DNA of 64,000 nucleotides, from NCBI RefSeq assembly GCF_000002075.1, contig NW_004797689.1, forward strand, positions 178,513 to 242,512, written 5' to 3'. Source of the DNA: Aplysia californica (taxonomy: Eukaryota). Both the position numbers and the translations under genes were made by a program. Below, in pieces: positions 29,010-39,668 of this stretch; the stretch's first letter is position 1, and each line of letters starts with the position of its first letter. The notes under the pieces were generated by a model. It saw nothing but the letters and a program-made list of their open reading frames with translations, had not been told where the DNA came from and did not search any database.

Positions 29010-29214
29010 GGTTTACGTACAAGAGCAACGGTTTTTCTCCTGATTTTGTACACCTAGGTTAATGCAATAGGTCGTTGGCCAAGTTGTACAAAATATCATT
29101 CGCCGCGGTTCTGTTTTGTTGTGGTTACAGTTCAAGATGGCCGCCTAGGCATACCGAGAATCCTTGAAGTTGTAGCTAGTGACTGGTTTCATTTGGGTTC
29201 TGAAGACTTGCAAA

Positions 29215-32200
29215 ATGTCATTTCACGCGTTCAACAAATCAGGAGGAGTTCTCTCCAACGAAGAAGTTGTTGCAGTATGCAGAGCTTTGAAGTCAGACCA
29301 TTTAAAGCTGCTTTGCTTACGAGAGTGTGAGATCGATGAAAGGGACTTGCACCGTATTATAAAGTTGACTGGACCATGCACTTCATTGCAACAACTCACA
29401 CTTAACGTTGGGATTGTGACTAACTATCATCATGTCGAACTACTAGCACAGAGCATAAGAAAAAATAAGTCATTAACAGGTTTACAGTGAGTATTTTATC
29501 CAACCTCTACTCTTCAAATTCAACTATTAGGATTTTTCCAGATTTATTTTAAGATTTTTAAGTTAACGCGGCTATAGAGATACATTAATATAAGATGTTT
29601 GAGAGGCGATGGGCTTATGAAGAAATCGGGAGCCGTGGGAGACGGGGGGGGGGGGGGGGGGGATTAAAGGTGTTCAGGTTCAAATGACAATAAAGCCTAG
29701 CCTATCCATTATTAATTAGGCAAGCGCTATTTGTAACGCCGCATTCTGAATAGCTCCCGTGCTATTTGCAACGCCGCGTTCTGAATAGCTCCCGTGCTAT
29801 TTGCAACGCTGCGTTCTGAATAGCTCCCGTGCTATTTGAAACGCCAGTACTTGATCTAGAATCTAGATCTAGATCTAGATGTGATGTAGAGTACATCCTG
29901 TGGTGCGATATACAGTAAGCTATCTTTTGTTGATATCTATGGAAGTTACAGGTCGATCTTCATGATTTTTTCACCAGAAGTTAGAAAAACTTCCTCTCTA
30001 TACGGTGTAGCGCATTACTGTAACAGCAGTTTAAAATTTCTATATGTTGTGGTGGTGTTTGTTTGGTAACGTGTGTCTGGTTTGGTGCGCAAGGTTTCTG
30101 GTTTGGTGCAACATATCGTCTTGTTTGGTGCGCAATAGTACCATGTTTACAGCTCTAGATCTAGATCTAGCTCTTTTCTGACACTTTTCATCTTTCTCTA
30201 TCCTTGCTTTGTCTTCTTTTCCTTGCAAGAAGTTCCTGTACTGACCATAATGGAAGGCCAAGGTCAATTAGGCGTGTTCTTTTTGGGAGCTGTGCGCCCC
30301 CTGACAGGAGATTTCCTTACACCTTGTGTATGTGTTTTGATAATGGATAAAAAGAAAGGTGCTGTGGACACAAGAAGGGGAAAGAAGAAAACAAGAATAA
30401 GACTATACCTAGACTAGTATTTTAGAAGGAAAAGGACAAAAAAGAAGAAGAAAAAGACGTGAAAAGAAGAAATTGAAAAAGAAAGGTGCTGTGGACACAA
30501 GGAAGTGAAAGAAGAAAACAAGAATTAGACTATACCTAGACTAGTATTCTTTAAGGAAAAGGGCAAAAAAGAAGAAGAAAAAGACATGAAAAGAAGAAAT
30601 TGAACATTTTGGAGATTATATTTCCATATTAATTAATTTTGACATGAATACATTAACTTATCATCTTCCAATGGCAATATAATGCATCCAAATGGAAGGA
30701 AAACAGTCTGTTTCAGTGCACAATGCAGGTCATAGAGAAATAACTTAATAAGTAAAACAAACAAAGGGCCTAGAAGCCACACTATCAATGCCAAATAGCA
30801 AAAAAGCCGATATTGCGCACGAAACGGACTGCCCAAATTTGGTCCTCTTCAGTGCGCAACCCTATCTAACACGTTCCTGGGCATTAAGAAGCAGCCTGCG
30901 ATAGTATTTATCGATTCTAGTATACATTCTACGATACATTAGAGCTAGATTAGCTAGATGTGCTAAATAATCGACTACTCAAGCGCTTAGTAAATTGATC
31001 GATACCGGTTACGAAAACCATTAATATGAAGGGGCAAAACTTTCCGACACCGTAGAATCACGTGTGTTGACAGGAACCTCCAAAACGAAAGTGAAATAAG
31101 CTGCATTCTGCGCATGCTCACAGAAAATGACCTCGTTTTCGCTGTTCTTATCCAAAACAAAGCAGGAGACCGGGGGTTGCGCACCAAAACAGTAGCGCGG
31201 TGATGCGGGCCTACTCTAGTAGCCATCGTTTCTACATGATAATATTGAAGTTCTGCCTGAATTCTGTCCTTGTAGAATTATGCAAATTTAGAAGGCCAAA
31301 TTATGCACAAAAAAAGCAAAATTATACAAAAATTATGCAAGTTACTGTAACACCATTCGCGACATGTTTTGCACTTTTTCAACACAAAGTTTCATGATTT
31401 TCATGTTTTATGTACAGAAAAATTGAAAACAGAACATATCAGTATCAGTAATTTGTTGTGTATTTGGAAAAGAAAACAATACACATCAGTAAAAAAAACC
31501 AACAACAACCAAAAAATATAAATCTCTGTGACTTTCAGCTGTAGATCTAGATCTAGATATATAGAGGAAGAAAAATGTTTTTAAAAAAGGGACATCTGGA
31601 CCTCTGATGCTGGCACATTACTAAAACCAGGGACACCTGTCAAACATGAAACATCAGCAGACATGAGAACAACAACTTTTGATGGATTGAAAAATTAAGG
31701 AAGAGGCTAGCCGTACTTAATGACGGCTAGACTGGCAGTCTAGCCGTACTTAAGTACGGCTAGACTCACAGTCTAGCCGTACTTACTCTTAATATGATGG
31801 CTAGACTGACCATTTACAAAAAATAGGCCTACTGAATTGTAAATATACATTTTTAGTGTGCAGTACCTAAAGTATTTGTATTTGAGACAAAACCAGGTTC
31901 CTTAATGACAGTGCATGTATTTTAAACCTCCTGTTGTCTAATGTAAATAGGGCCTAAGATAAGTACGGCTAGACTGGCAGTCTAGCCGTACTTAAGTACG
32001 GCTAGACTTCTTGTCTAGCCGTACTTAAGTACGGGTAGACAGCCAGGCTAGCCGTACTAATGCCTAAAGTATTTGTATTTCAGACAAAACCAAAAGGTGC
32101 CTTACTGACTTGCATGTATTTAAACCTGAATAATTACTAGATCTAGATCTAATGAGACCTGTGTACAAGTTAACAGGCTTGAGTCGATTGGGCCAAACCT

Positions 32201-35200
32201 AGATCTAAGTACTGCTAGACTGGCAGTCTAGCCGTACTTAAGTACGGCTAGCCACTTCGAAAAATTAAACATGCTCAAGAAACTATAATCACAACCCATA
32301 CCAAGATCTCCTAACAAGGGAAATAACCAGCTTTTCACTTAAATGAGACTTTTTACGGTGATTACGTCCCTTTACTCACATGGCGAGGCGTTAATTCATT
32401 GTTTTGTGAAAAAAAAGGGAAAAAACGTGAAAAAACGCGGAGAATCCAAAATTATGCAAACGTTACAGAATTATGCGGAAAAAACACGGCCGCACAATCG
32501 CATAATCCTACGGGGACAGTGAATTGTGGAAGCTTTGTCAGTTTTTTGATAAACCTCCTAGGATTTGACTCCTTTTTTTATGACGTTGTCTTATTTAGAT
32601 CTAACAATTGTTTCTGACATTGTTTGCACAAAAGTAGACGTCTTGTTCAGTGGCGGCTCGTGGTTTATAGAACTGACGGGCCATCATTCACATAGACTCT
32701 TTCTTCCTTCCCCCANNNNNNNNNNNNNNNNNNNNNNNNNNNNNNNNNNNNNNNNNNNNNNNNNNNNNNNNNNNNNNNNNNNNNNNNNNNNNNNNNNNNN
32801 NNNNNNNNNNNNNNNNNNNNNNNNNNNNNNNNNNNNNNNNNNNNNNNNNNNNNNNNNNNNNNNNNNNNNNNNNNNNNNNNNNNNNNNNNNNNNNNNNNNN
32901 NNNNNNNNNNTCGCCATCCCCACCCCCTCCCCCATTCACGCACACACACCACTGTTAACATTTTAATATAATGTGAAAGAGCTGAAATAATGTAGTGTCA
33001 AGAAATAAATATTATGAATAATGTATGATGGAAATTACTGAGTTAATTGAAACTGACCTGAACGGCATAGAAAAAGAAACACTACTAGAGTCTATGCTAG
33101 AAAACAAACTGAAAGTAGAAGCCTGACAAACTGGTCATGGCCTCCGGTACTTTGACCAAAGACTTTTACTTTCTACACACCCACACACAATATCGACGTG
33201 CAGTCGACCTGTAAATATGTAATAAGAACTTGATACTGTACCAATGACGCTGTCCCAAGCAGATTAAGTCTACAATCAGTTACTATACAAAGCCTGACAA
33301 AGTTAGCACACAACAGTTTTTCATCATTATGTAATCATACGTTCTTCTTCATACTTCTCAGTTCTCAGAACACTGTTGTAACAAAGTGGGGAAGTGTGTC
33401 AAATACTAATTATAGAACTTGGTGTCTAGCTGCGGTGACAGTGGATAAGGGGAGGGAAGGGAGGGGGCAGGCTCATTGTTTTCGGCCCAGAGAGGCTAAA
33501 AATTCAATAAACAAAAAAGATTAGTGCCATGCTGACAATAAATGTTCTTATGATAGTTAGAGAAAGGCTGAATGATAAGTAGGCCTACATGTATTGCTGA
33601 TAAAATATTTCATGTGTTTGTGCTGCTCAAGACAGTCTCATTACTGATTTTGTTAGCAACACGGAGGCCAATTTGGCAATCAAGGGATGTTATATTCGCT
33701 CCTTAGGGCAGTCGATGGATTTGTCCATCGCTGTACACTGTACCCGCCGTGTCCATTTGTCCTCGTACAAAGTTCCGCGACGTGATGGCTTGACGGGAGA
33801 CGATTTAAAGTTATGAGCCGGTGCGATAAACAAAGGTGAAGGAATGAGGCTCTGTCGCGACAAAACAGCAGTGAATCCCACTTGTCTATTTGAACGCCTT
33901 CAAATCGGCAAGGTGCTTTTTTGACAGTTGATGCATTTTTATTTTCAGATTTACTTAAAACTGAATGAAAATCATTATCATCAATAAATCTCTTGTCAAC
34001 AGTCCAGCAGACAAAAATTTGACCGGCACCGCCGGTCTTGCCTAGTTAACAAACCGCCCCTGGTCTTGTTCATCTCTCATAATCATAATCATCTGAGCTA
34101 GAGTTTGAGCAGGTTTAAGTCGAAAGACGCTTGAATAACAATTTAACAAGACGGTGCAACTCGAACTTTAGGTTAGGCCTAGAGAACGTATACAAGCCGT
34201 CTCCTGTCTACGTTCTGTAAGTCAAATGTTCACTGCTTCCAAGCGTGGCATCGAATCCCGGTCCCGAAAGGGTTTTTTTCTTCCTTCTCCTGAGCCTAAA
34301 ATTTAAAAAAATAAATAAATTAGACTCACAGACCAAGGAAAGCCACCTGAACTTAAACCAGGCCTACATTGGTAAAAGGAAAAGTATAGGCTATACTAAG
34401 GCCTACTTTGTACAGAGCTCCTCTTGGGGACAAAACCAGAATGTGCATGCTTCATCACTACTAAAAAAACCCTACAAAGCAACAAGATATAATTATGGGA
34501 ACAATTTGTTGGTCAGTCGAGAAGAGGACAACAACAAAAAAGAAAAAAAAAACTCGTCCAGGACCGGGATCGAACCCACGCTAAAAAAATAATGGTTTGA
34601 CTTCAAGCGCAGACGCGCTGTCACTTCGGCCATCAGAATTTCCGATAACGATGTACAGATTAAGCTTGATATTTTACACACTGCGTTTTATTTAGCACTG
34701 GCGCTAATCGCAACGAGGCGTTTTATTTAGCACTGGCGTTAATCGCAACGTGGCGTTGCAAATAGGCACTATTCGTATTAATTATTATGTAGCTGCCCCC
34801 GCCACTCAAACAGTCTTAAATTAGATTTTATATTTATGCAAGAAAAAATATTTTTATGGAGGCCTAGGTCTAACTGTTATTAATTTTGTTTTTTTCTTTG
34901 AGGAAAGTGACTTTTTCTTTTTCCCCTGGCTCACAGGGTGATGAGGTAATGATACTGGCTGAACGTGTTTATCAAAACTTTTATTGTGGGCGGAGCATCT
35001 TCAACCCAAGTGGAACATTTCACTGGAAATCTGCACCTGATTGACCATTCTTAGAGTGGCAGGGAATGTGATTACTGCAACAGAGGTGTGAAGGGTCAGC
35101 GTCAGTGCACAGTGTACAACTGCACTGGATGTTCTGACAAGCCCCATTCCTGCATCCGAAAGAGTGAAGCTTCAAAAAGTACCACACCCCATAGCGTGAC

Positions 35201-38200
35201 ATTCGGTCAAGTGAACTTGTTACTGTTGTGATATATTAATTTTGTACAACTTCCTTCCTGGGTAAAAAGGTATTGTGAAGTGGATGCTTTTAAAATGTGT
35301 TTCATTGCATATATTTTGAAATATAATATGGATACAACAATCGGTACAATAAATCAGATCTCCTTCCAGGTTTATTTTGTGTTTTCTTTAGAGAAAAAAA
35401 ACAACCCAGATAATGATTCTGTTTGTGATAGAGTGGAGAGTAGAACAGAGTGTAATTTCGTTAGATTTATTTTTTGATTTTCTTTTTTTCAAACACAGCA
35501 TTCATGGCAGTGAGCTGGGAGATGTTGGCATGCAAATCCTTGGTAGGGCTATCAGCATCCATCCAGGAATTGTTTCTCTTGATATCGGGGATTGCAAGCT
35601 TGGGGACGTGTCAATTGATGTTCTCTATTCATTGCTATTGCCAATGAATAATCGGCCAGGTAAAGATGAATCACTTTCAAATTATTTGACTTGCAGCACC
35701 CGGTCTTCAAAATAGACAAATTTGATGTTACACAACAGAAAGGTAGACCCTAATGATTGAATACCCCAAATTCATACTTAATAAGAAGAGTGAGTGTGAA
35801 AAATGTTTTTCTTTTAAAAGCATTAATTTTTAGAAATGATCTTAGACAAAAAAGTAGATCGACTTGGATCATCTGCAAAGTGATATAGTGTAACAAAGTG
35901 TTTTTCTTCATCAGCCAAGAATGAATAAGTAGTGCATATTTAGAAAAACCAACAGTACTTATTCAAACTCAATTTTGTTTGTAAATTCAGGCATCACTGA
36001 GCTGACTTTGAGTGACAACCATCGCATCAGTGCCTTAGGATGGGCTCAGTTTGGCATGTGCTTGTCCAACTGCAACTCTCTTCGCTGGCTTTTCTTGGAT
36101 TACAATGCCTTGGGAGACTATGGCGCCAGCTGCATTCTTGTAGGTATGGCTGCCAGTCAGTCAGTTCAGATTCTGGATCTGGAAGGATGTGGTATCACTG
36201 AGCATACTGGTCAGGTAAACAGATTTGTTTAGTCTGTGTAAAACCTATATGATTTAGAATTTTGTGATTATCTTATATTCAAATCATACCACAGTGACAT
36301 ATCTGGTCAGCTGACAGAGTGGAGTCTATCGATTTCATAGAAAGCCCGGTGAGATGGTGAGAATACAAAATTTGTAAAATATTCATTTATACGTGAAAAA
36401 AATTCCTATTTTTCCAAAGTAATGCTTGGTTATGGTTTTACAGCCAGCTTTGGACTACTTATAATAAATAGCTTTGGTCCCTTTTTCCTTTTTTCTCATT
36501 TCTATGATTATGCAGTCTTGCTCTCAAGTTTTTAAATTGTAGTTTCTTGTTATTCTGAGGTATCATTTACATGTGCCTTAGAAATATTTTCTTTGAAATT
36601 TAAATTCTTAATTTTTCTTTAAAAGAATCATAATGTAGACACAATTTTTTAAAAATGAAATTGTTTTTTTTCTCTTCCAAAAATTTGGCTTTCTTGACAG
36701 TTGAATAGTTTGCTGTCGCTATAGAGCTTGACAATTTACGTGCCTGTTGTTTTATCTCTTTTAAGAGTCTGGACCTTTAATCAAATGAGGAAACTATCTA
36801 TAATTGTAGCCAGTTTAAAAAGAGTTAAAATTGAAAGTAAAGATGATATTCTTATTGAAATTTGTGATATGCGTCTTTTACGGTACCTGTATGTCTGTTA
36901 TGTTTTCAATGCCTCTCATTGTATAAGATATTCTTTCCTTTCGTATGCAGGTTATTCTTCATCTTGTACAGAATCATTTGGGGGGACTAAGTCGAATCAA
37001 ACTCAGCAAAAACCGGATACGCAAGTCCACTGTGGAGGCCATTCGAAAGCATATCGAGGAGAACAACCTAGATGACTCAGATGTTGCCTCCACTGTCACT
37101 GTTGATGACCTGTTTTCAATCAACAGCTCACGGGTATAATGATTTAAAAGAAATTCTCTCTTTCTCTGTATGAATGAAAATGTGTGGCCATATATATAGC
37201 TGAGGTCGCTTAAACCAAAATCTGCTGGATGGCTGAATGTTTTCCAGTTTAGTTGTACTTTCAGTTTACAGAGATTGCTCAATCAGTGTGCAAATCAGAG
37301 GTAGTAATTCCTCCCCGAAATCCAAAAAATGAAATTTATTTTCTCTATGGAGGTATGGAAAAACTTTCTGCTCTTTGCAGTTTCATTTTTTTTTTCTCTC
37401 AGCAATGACTGTTGACAGCATAAAGTTGGGAATAACATGTCTGCTGCAAATTTCACTTTTGGAAATTTTTCTGTCATCTGTCTCTCTCAGTAACTGTATT
37501 TTGAGATGCAGGCTAAATGCATTGTGTTTTCTCAATGACGTTGTCAGCTTGCTAAATATTCTACCTAACAGCCACACAGAACAGACTCAAGGATAGATCA
37601 GCACACTGTGCAGTACAGTTCCCTCCGCTATAGAAGTGAAAAGACCCCCATGTCAGTGACATCATGAAACACATCACATGCTCATGTGTTTGTGAACTAG
37701 CTGCTATAGAGATGATAGGCCATGTACATTTTTTTTTTCTTGTGTCACCTATACACAGTACTCAGTGTGTAGACCTATTGGTGTTTGGGACAGCTATTAT
37801 AGGCTAACAGTATATGGGTGATGTCTATCTCTAGCCCCCAATTGACCCATATCTTTTCACATGTCTTTTTTTTCTATTTCATCATCTCGAAGCACAAAAG
37901 ACTTGATGATTTGCAATACTTAAGGAGTTGCTGGTGAAATATTAGACTGCTATAACTTTGAAAATTCTTTTTGATATAATGGCTATAGGAGCATTTTGGC
38001 CAATTGGTAGTTTTCTTACAATGACAAAGAAAAAAATGAAACGTTTTTCTTTTGGACCAGATCTACTGTATTTTAAACTGTTTTCAGTCGAAGTTATCCA
38101 GACTCAGTGTGTGTGTGTGCGCGTGTGAGTGTCTATTTTTATTGACTCTTTCTTTTGTTCTTGTTTATCTTACTGTCTCATTACTGGTTTAGATTGTTAA

Positions 38201-38954
38201 TATGTTTAAAAGCTACACACATGCCATGGCACATGCTGTTAGCTCAGTTGGAATAATTTTAGACTATGTAGCTGATGGCCTTGGTTCAAGTCCTCAGCAG
38301 GGTATTTGACTTTGGGATATTTTGGGGAATTTTTCAGGCTCTCCACCCATTTGGCGTAGTCCTATAGTATCAGAGATGGATGTTAATTTCAAGGTCCTGC
38401 CTCTTAAATAACCTGACAGTGTTGAAATGGGCTTTTAACATATATATCTAAATAAATAAACTTTTTTTTTTTCAGACATGCTACTAACTCTACTTCCTTT
38501 TGTTTGTCGATAGTTTTATGTACATAACTGACTCCCAACTAAACATTTTTGAGTTTTGAGTCTTGAACAATTTAAAACGTAGCTTTTTTAAGAGCATCCG
38601 ACCAAAGGAATGAATGGAGAACCATGATCGCCGATGTCTGTCACAGATCTGGAACTGGATGAAGATGATGATGAACAATTTAAAAATGTTACTTCACTAT
38701 GTATTACATGCCTGTCATCGATTCTAAGGCCTAAGCTTACATTTACCAAATTTTTCTTAAAACTATTTGATTTGTCGTAACTGACCTTTTCTTAAAGTTA
38801 TCTTTTTTTTCTACTTCTTTATCTGCAGTTTCCAGGATCACGATCAAGGTCAAGATCATCCTCCTCATTTTCTTCTTCTTCTTCATCTTCCTCCTCTTCT
38901 TCTTCCTCGTCTTCCAGCAGCAGTTCTGACAGCAGTAGCTCAAGCAGTTCCAGT

Positions 38955-38986
<32 letters not shown>

Positions 38987-39668
38987 CAGTGACAGTGACA
39001 GTACCAAGAAGGGATCGGACGACGATAAGAAGAAAAAGAAGAAAAAGAAGAAGAGCAAAGCAGAAGGATCAGATGAGGACAAGAAAGACAAGAAGGATAA
39101 AAAGAAAGATAAAAAAGACAAAAAGAAAGATGATGGTGATAAAGAAGATGAAGGGGACGATGGAAAGGCTAAAAAGAGCAAAAAAGATAAAAAGAAAAAA
39201 GATAAAAAGAAGGACAAAGATGACAAGAAAGAGAAAAAAGATGATGAGGAGAAGGGGGCAAAGAAGAAAGGAAAAAGTGAAGATGAAGATGGCAAGAAGG
39301 AAAAGAAAAAGAAAAAAGACAAGGAAAAGGATGAAGATGGTGATGACAAGAAGCATAAAGATAAGGATAAGAAGAAAGACAAAAAGGACAAAGAAGAAAA
39401 GGATGACTCTGAGGAGAAGAAAAAGAAGAAGAAGAAAGACAAGTCTGGTGATAAGGAAGAAAAGAAGAAGAAGAAAGATGAAGACGGGGGAGATGAAAAG
39501 GATAAAAAGAAAGAGAAAGATGAGGATGGTGGTGATAAAAAAGATAAGAAGAAAAAGAAAGACAAAGACAAAAAGAAGAAAAAGAAGAACAAAGATGGAG
39601 ATGGAGCTGAGGCTGATGATGAAAGTCTTGGGGAAGAACTGGATGAGGTCCCAGTGTATTATCGATGA
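29215..39668 (+). CDS. LRRC73: Leucine-rich repeat protein LRRC73-like with C-terminal poly-Ser and Lys/Asp-rich extension (5 exons, 559 aa)
   Basis: Exons 29215-29486, 35499-35659, 35991-36214, 36951-37133, 38829-39668, all in phase. Motifs LLCLRECEI, LQQLTLNVGIV, IHGSELGD, HPGIVSLDIGDCKLGD, ELTLSDN, LDYNALGD and LDLEGCGIT follow the LRRC73 pattern as I recall it. Joining of exon 5 is inferred from phase-0 CGG|gtataa and ctgcag|TTT. Confidence 0.85.
30351..30604 (+). repeat. Two-copy ~127-bp purine-rich tandem repeat
   Basis: AAAGAAAGGTGCTGTGGACACAAG...AAGAAGAAATTGAA occurs twice. Confidence 0.9.
31264..32519. mobile_element. TIR element with 6-bp TSD (hATx/hAT6-like), nested
   Basis: CTGTCCTTGTAGAATTATGC...GCATAATCCTACGGGGACAG with TSD TGAATT on both sides and many AATTATGC subterminal motifs. 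A lone right end of the same family lies at about 28295-28372. Confidence 0.7.
31699..32259. mobile_element. MULE-like MITE built from palindromes, doubly nested
   Basis: GGAAGAGGCTAG...CTAGCCACTTCG with 9-bp TSD AAAAATTAA and repeated palindrome CTAGCCGTACTTAAGTACGGCTAG. A related fragment lies at about 57950-58058. Confidence 0.85.
34545..34635 (-). pseudogene. tRNA-like Pol III unit inside the 5-kb element
   Basis: Minus strand reads GATGGCCGAAGTGACAGCG...GTGGGTTCGATCCCGGTCC...TTTTTTTT (A box, B box, T terminator). No clean cloverleaf. Confidence 0.5.
38232..38465 (+). mobile_element. Old tRNA-derived SINE remnant
   Basis: TAGCTCAGTTGG (A box), GGTTCAAGTCC (B box) and a TAAATAAATAAA tail. 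Confidence 0.45.
38829..39668 (+). CDS. Terminal exon: RS dipeptides, about 50 Ser, then about 200 aa of K/D/E low-complexity sequence ending DDESLGEELDEVPVYYR*
   Basis: Long polypyrimidine tract and CAG acceptor at 38828, then a 279-codon open frame. Ser is encoded by both TCN and AGY codons. AATAAA at about 39714. The ORF track misses it because it has no in-frame start codon. Confidence 0.8.

Larger units (their letters stand above)
29719..34775. mobile_element. ~5-kb non-autonomous MULE-like element in LRRC73 intron 1
   Basis: 9-bp flanking repeat TATTAATTA (29710-29718 and 34776-34784). Inverted core CTATTTG(T/C)AACGCC at both ends. Subterminal tandem repeats of about 35 bp (29726-29845) and about 33 bp (34683-34750). 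Confidence 0.65.

Noticed and set aside
29726-29845. 35-bp repeats resembling a CRISPR array
   Set aside because: Head-to-tail with no unique spacers, in a eukaryotic intron. They are transposon subterminal repeats.
38476-38490. Extra LRRC73 exon after TTTTTTCAG at 38475
   Set aside because: It reads ACA TGC TAC TAA in the needed phase with no supporting homology. It cannot be excluded as a minor terminal exon but is unsupported.
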